Shown: piece after piece, positions 63,139 to 64,000 of the stretch
Position numbering within the stretch: position 1 is the first letter of the stretch
Layout: each line of letters begins with the position of its first letter
Source: Escherichia coli
Lineage (GTDB): Bacteria; Pseudomonadota; Gammaproteobacteria; Enterobacterales; Enterobacteriaceae
Direction: 5' to 3' (one strand)
DNA: 64,000 bases
Assembly (NCBI RefSeq): GCF_048403405.1
Contig: NZ_CP183129.1
Notes under the pieces: model-generated
Seen by the model: only the letters and a program-made list of their open reading frames with translations
Told to the model about the DNA's origin: nothing
Database searches by the model: none
Translations under genes and position numbers: made by a program

Positions 63139-63417
63139 ATGGCACGCAACGTAAAATATTACAATTCTGATAATTCGCCCGTTCTTGCCTGCACGCACGG
63201 GCGGTATTCTCACGCATTCAAGTCTGAATGGTTCCAGCACCCTCCATGCACTGCAGAACAGGCCGAATGGCTGATTCATTCTTACCGCAGGCGCGGGTTC
63301 GAGGTTAAGAAAGCTCTCAGTCTCGACTATCGGCACTGGATAATCTCTGTCAGGCTGCCTTATTCCGAACGCCCACCACGTGCGTCCCGCACTTTCCAGC
63401 AACGGATCTGGAGGTAA
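63139..63417 (+). CDS. Hypothetical 92-aa protein, possibly translationally coupled to ydfU
   Basis: ORF ending in taa at 63415-63417, with GGAGG at 63410-63414 serving the downstream GTG. No function recognised. Confidence 0.4.
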   Translation: MARNVKYYNSDNSPVLACTHGRYSHAFKSEWFQHPPCTAEQAEWLIHSYRRRGFEVKKALSLDYRHWIISVRLPYSERPPRASRTFQQRIWR

Positions 63418-63418
63418 C

Positions 63419-64000
63419 GTGCGGGTATTACTTAGACCTGTTCTGGTGCCTGAGCTTGGGCTGGTGGTCCTTAAGCCGGGCCGTGAATCCATACAGATAT
63501 TTCATAATCCTCGAGTGCTGGTGGAACCGGAACCAAAAAGCATGCGTAATCTGCCATCCGGAGTCGTTCCTGCCGTTCGCCAGCCGCTGGCGGAAGACAA
63601 AACATTGCTGCCGTTTTTTAGTAACGAACGGGTGATTCGTGCTGCTGGCGGCGTTGGCGCATTGTCTGACTGGCTATTACGTCATGTTACATCCTGCCAG
63701 TGGCCTAATGGCGATTACCATCACACTGAAACAGTCATTCACCGTTATGGTACCGGCGCAATGGTGTTGTGCTGGCACTGCGACAACCAACTGCGTGACC
63801 AGACATCGGAATCACTGGAGCTGCTTGCTCAACAAAATCTGACAGCATGGGTGATTGACGTCATCCGTCACGCAATAAGCGGTACGCAGGAGCGGGAATT
63901 ATCTTTGGCTGAATTATCCTGGTGGGCGGTCTGCAATCAGGTGGTGGATGCACTACCTGAGGCTGTATCGCGTCGTTCGCTGGGATTACCAGCGGAAAAA
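63419..64000 (+). CDS. ydfU: DUF968 prophage protein YdfU (5-prime partial, runs off the window)
   Basis: Not in the ORF track because there is no stop within the window. The GTG at 63419 is followed by RVLLRPVLVPELGLVVLKPGRESIQIFHNPRVLVEPEPK and later CQWPNGDYHHTETVIHRYGTGAMVLCWHCDNQL. The frame is open for 194 codons to position 64000. Confidence 0.8.
   Translation, partial: MRVLLRPVLVPELGLVVLKPGRESIQIFHNPRVLVEPEPKSMRNLPSGVVPAVRQPLAEDKTLLPFFSNERVIRAAGGVGALSDWLLRHVTSCQWPNGDYHHTETVIHRYGTGAMVLCWHCDNQLRDQTSESLELLAQQNLTAWVIDVIRHAISGTQERELSLAELSWWAVCNQVVDALPEAVSRRSLGLPAEK

Larger units (their letters stand above)
51542..64000. mobile_element. Qin-like lambdoid prophage, int-proximal part (continues beyond window)
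   Basis: Contains int, xis, exonuclease, ydfD-dicB-dicF-ydfA, a dicA/dicC switch, a replication module with iterons, hokD, rem and ydfU. The left junction is inside ydfJ. Confidence 0.9.

Noticed and set aside
63079-63842. 137-aa minus-strand ORF (63079-63492), 70-aa minus-strand ORF (63005-63217) and 67-aa plus-strand ORF (63639-63842).
   Set aside because: All are antisense to or out of frame with rem, the 92-aa ORF or the long open ydfU frame, and all have non-protein-like composition.

Overview
Everything here comes from reading the sequence and the ORF track by eye. No searches or computations were run, and gene names rest on my recollection of E. coli K-12 proteins.

The window is an Escherichia coli-type chromosome segment near the replication terminus.

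**Core genome (about 1-51.4 kb).** This part is ordinary and collinear with the K-12 36-37 min region in reverse orientation. The gene order is ydgJ, add, malY-malX/malI, hdhA, uidR-uidABC, ydgA, manA, fumA, fumC, tus with the TerB site, rstBA, ydgC, folM, ydgI, ydgH, pntAB, tqsA, mdtJI, ydgD, ydgU, asr, ynfM, ynfL, mlc, ynfK, clcB, dmsD-ynfHGFE, ynfD, ynfC, speG, ynfB, ynfA and rspAB. Many ORF-track entries here carry spurious N-terminal extensions, so I give the internal starts that fit the known proteins.

**Prophage (about 51.54 kb to the window end).** ydfJ is cut after about 31 codons by a Qin-like lambdoid prophage. Its parts are:
- int and xis
- an intact 823-aa YdfE-type DEDDh exonuclease
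- ydfD-dicB-dicF-ydfA
- a dicA/dicC immunity switch with four GTTAG/CTAAC operators
- a YdaT-like gene
- an O-like replication gene containing a five-iteron origin
- an AT-rich cargo slot
- a hokD-type hok/sok locus, rem, and a truncated ydfU (DUF968)

**Most interesting feature.** The cargo gene at 60689-61714 encodes a 341-aa protein with every catalytic motif of a RelA/SpoT-homolog synthetase. It also has an uncharacterised C-terminal domain of about 125 aa and no partner ORF. This looks like a toxSAS / CapRel-like fused toxin-antitoxin anti-phage candidate. It sits where, as I recall, K-12 Qin carries relBE. Next to it is a possible 29-aa hydrophobic peptide gene with a perfect AGGAGG Shine-Dalgarno.
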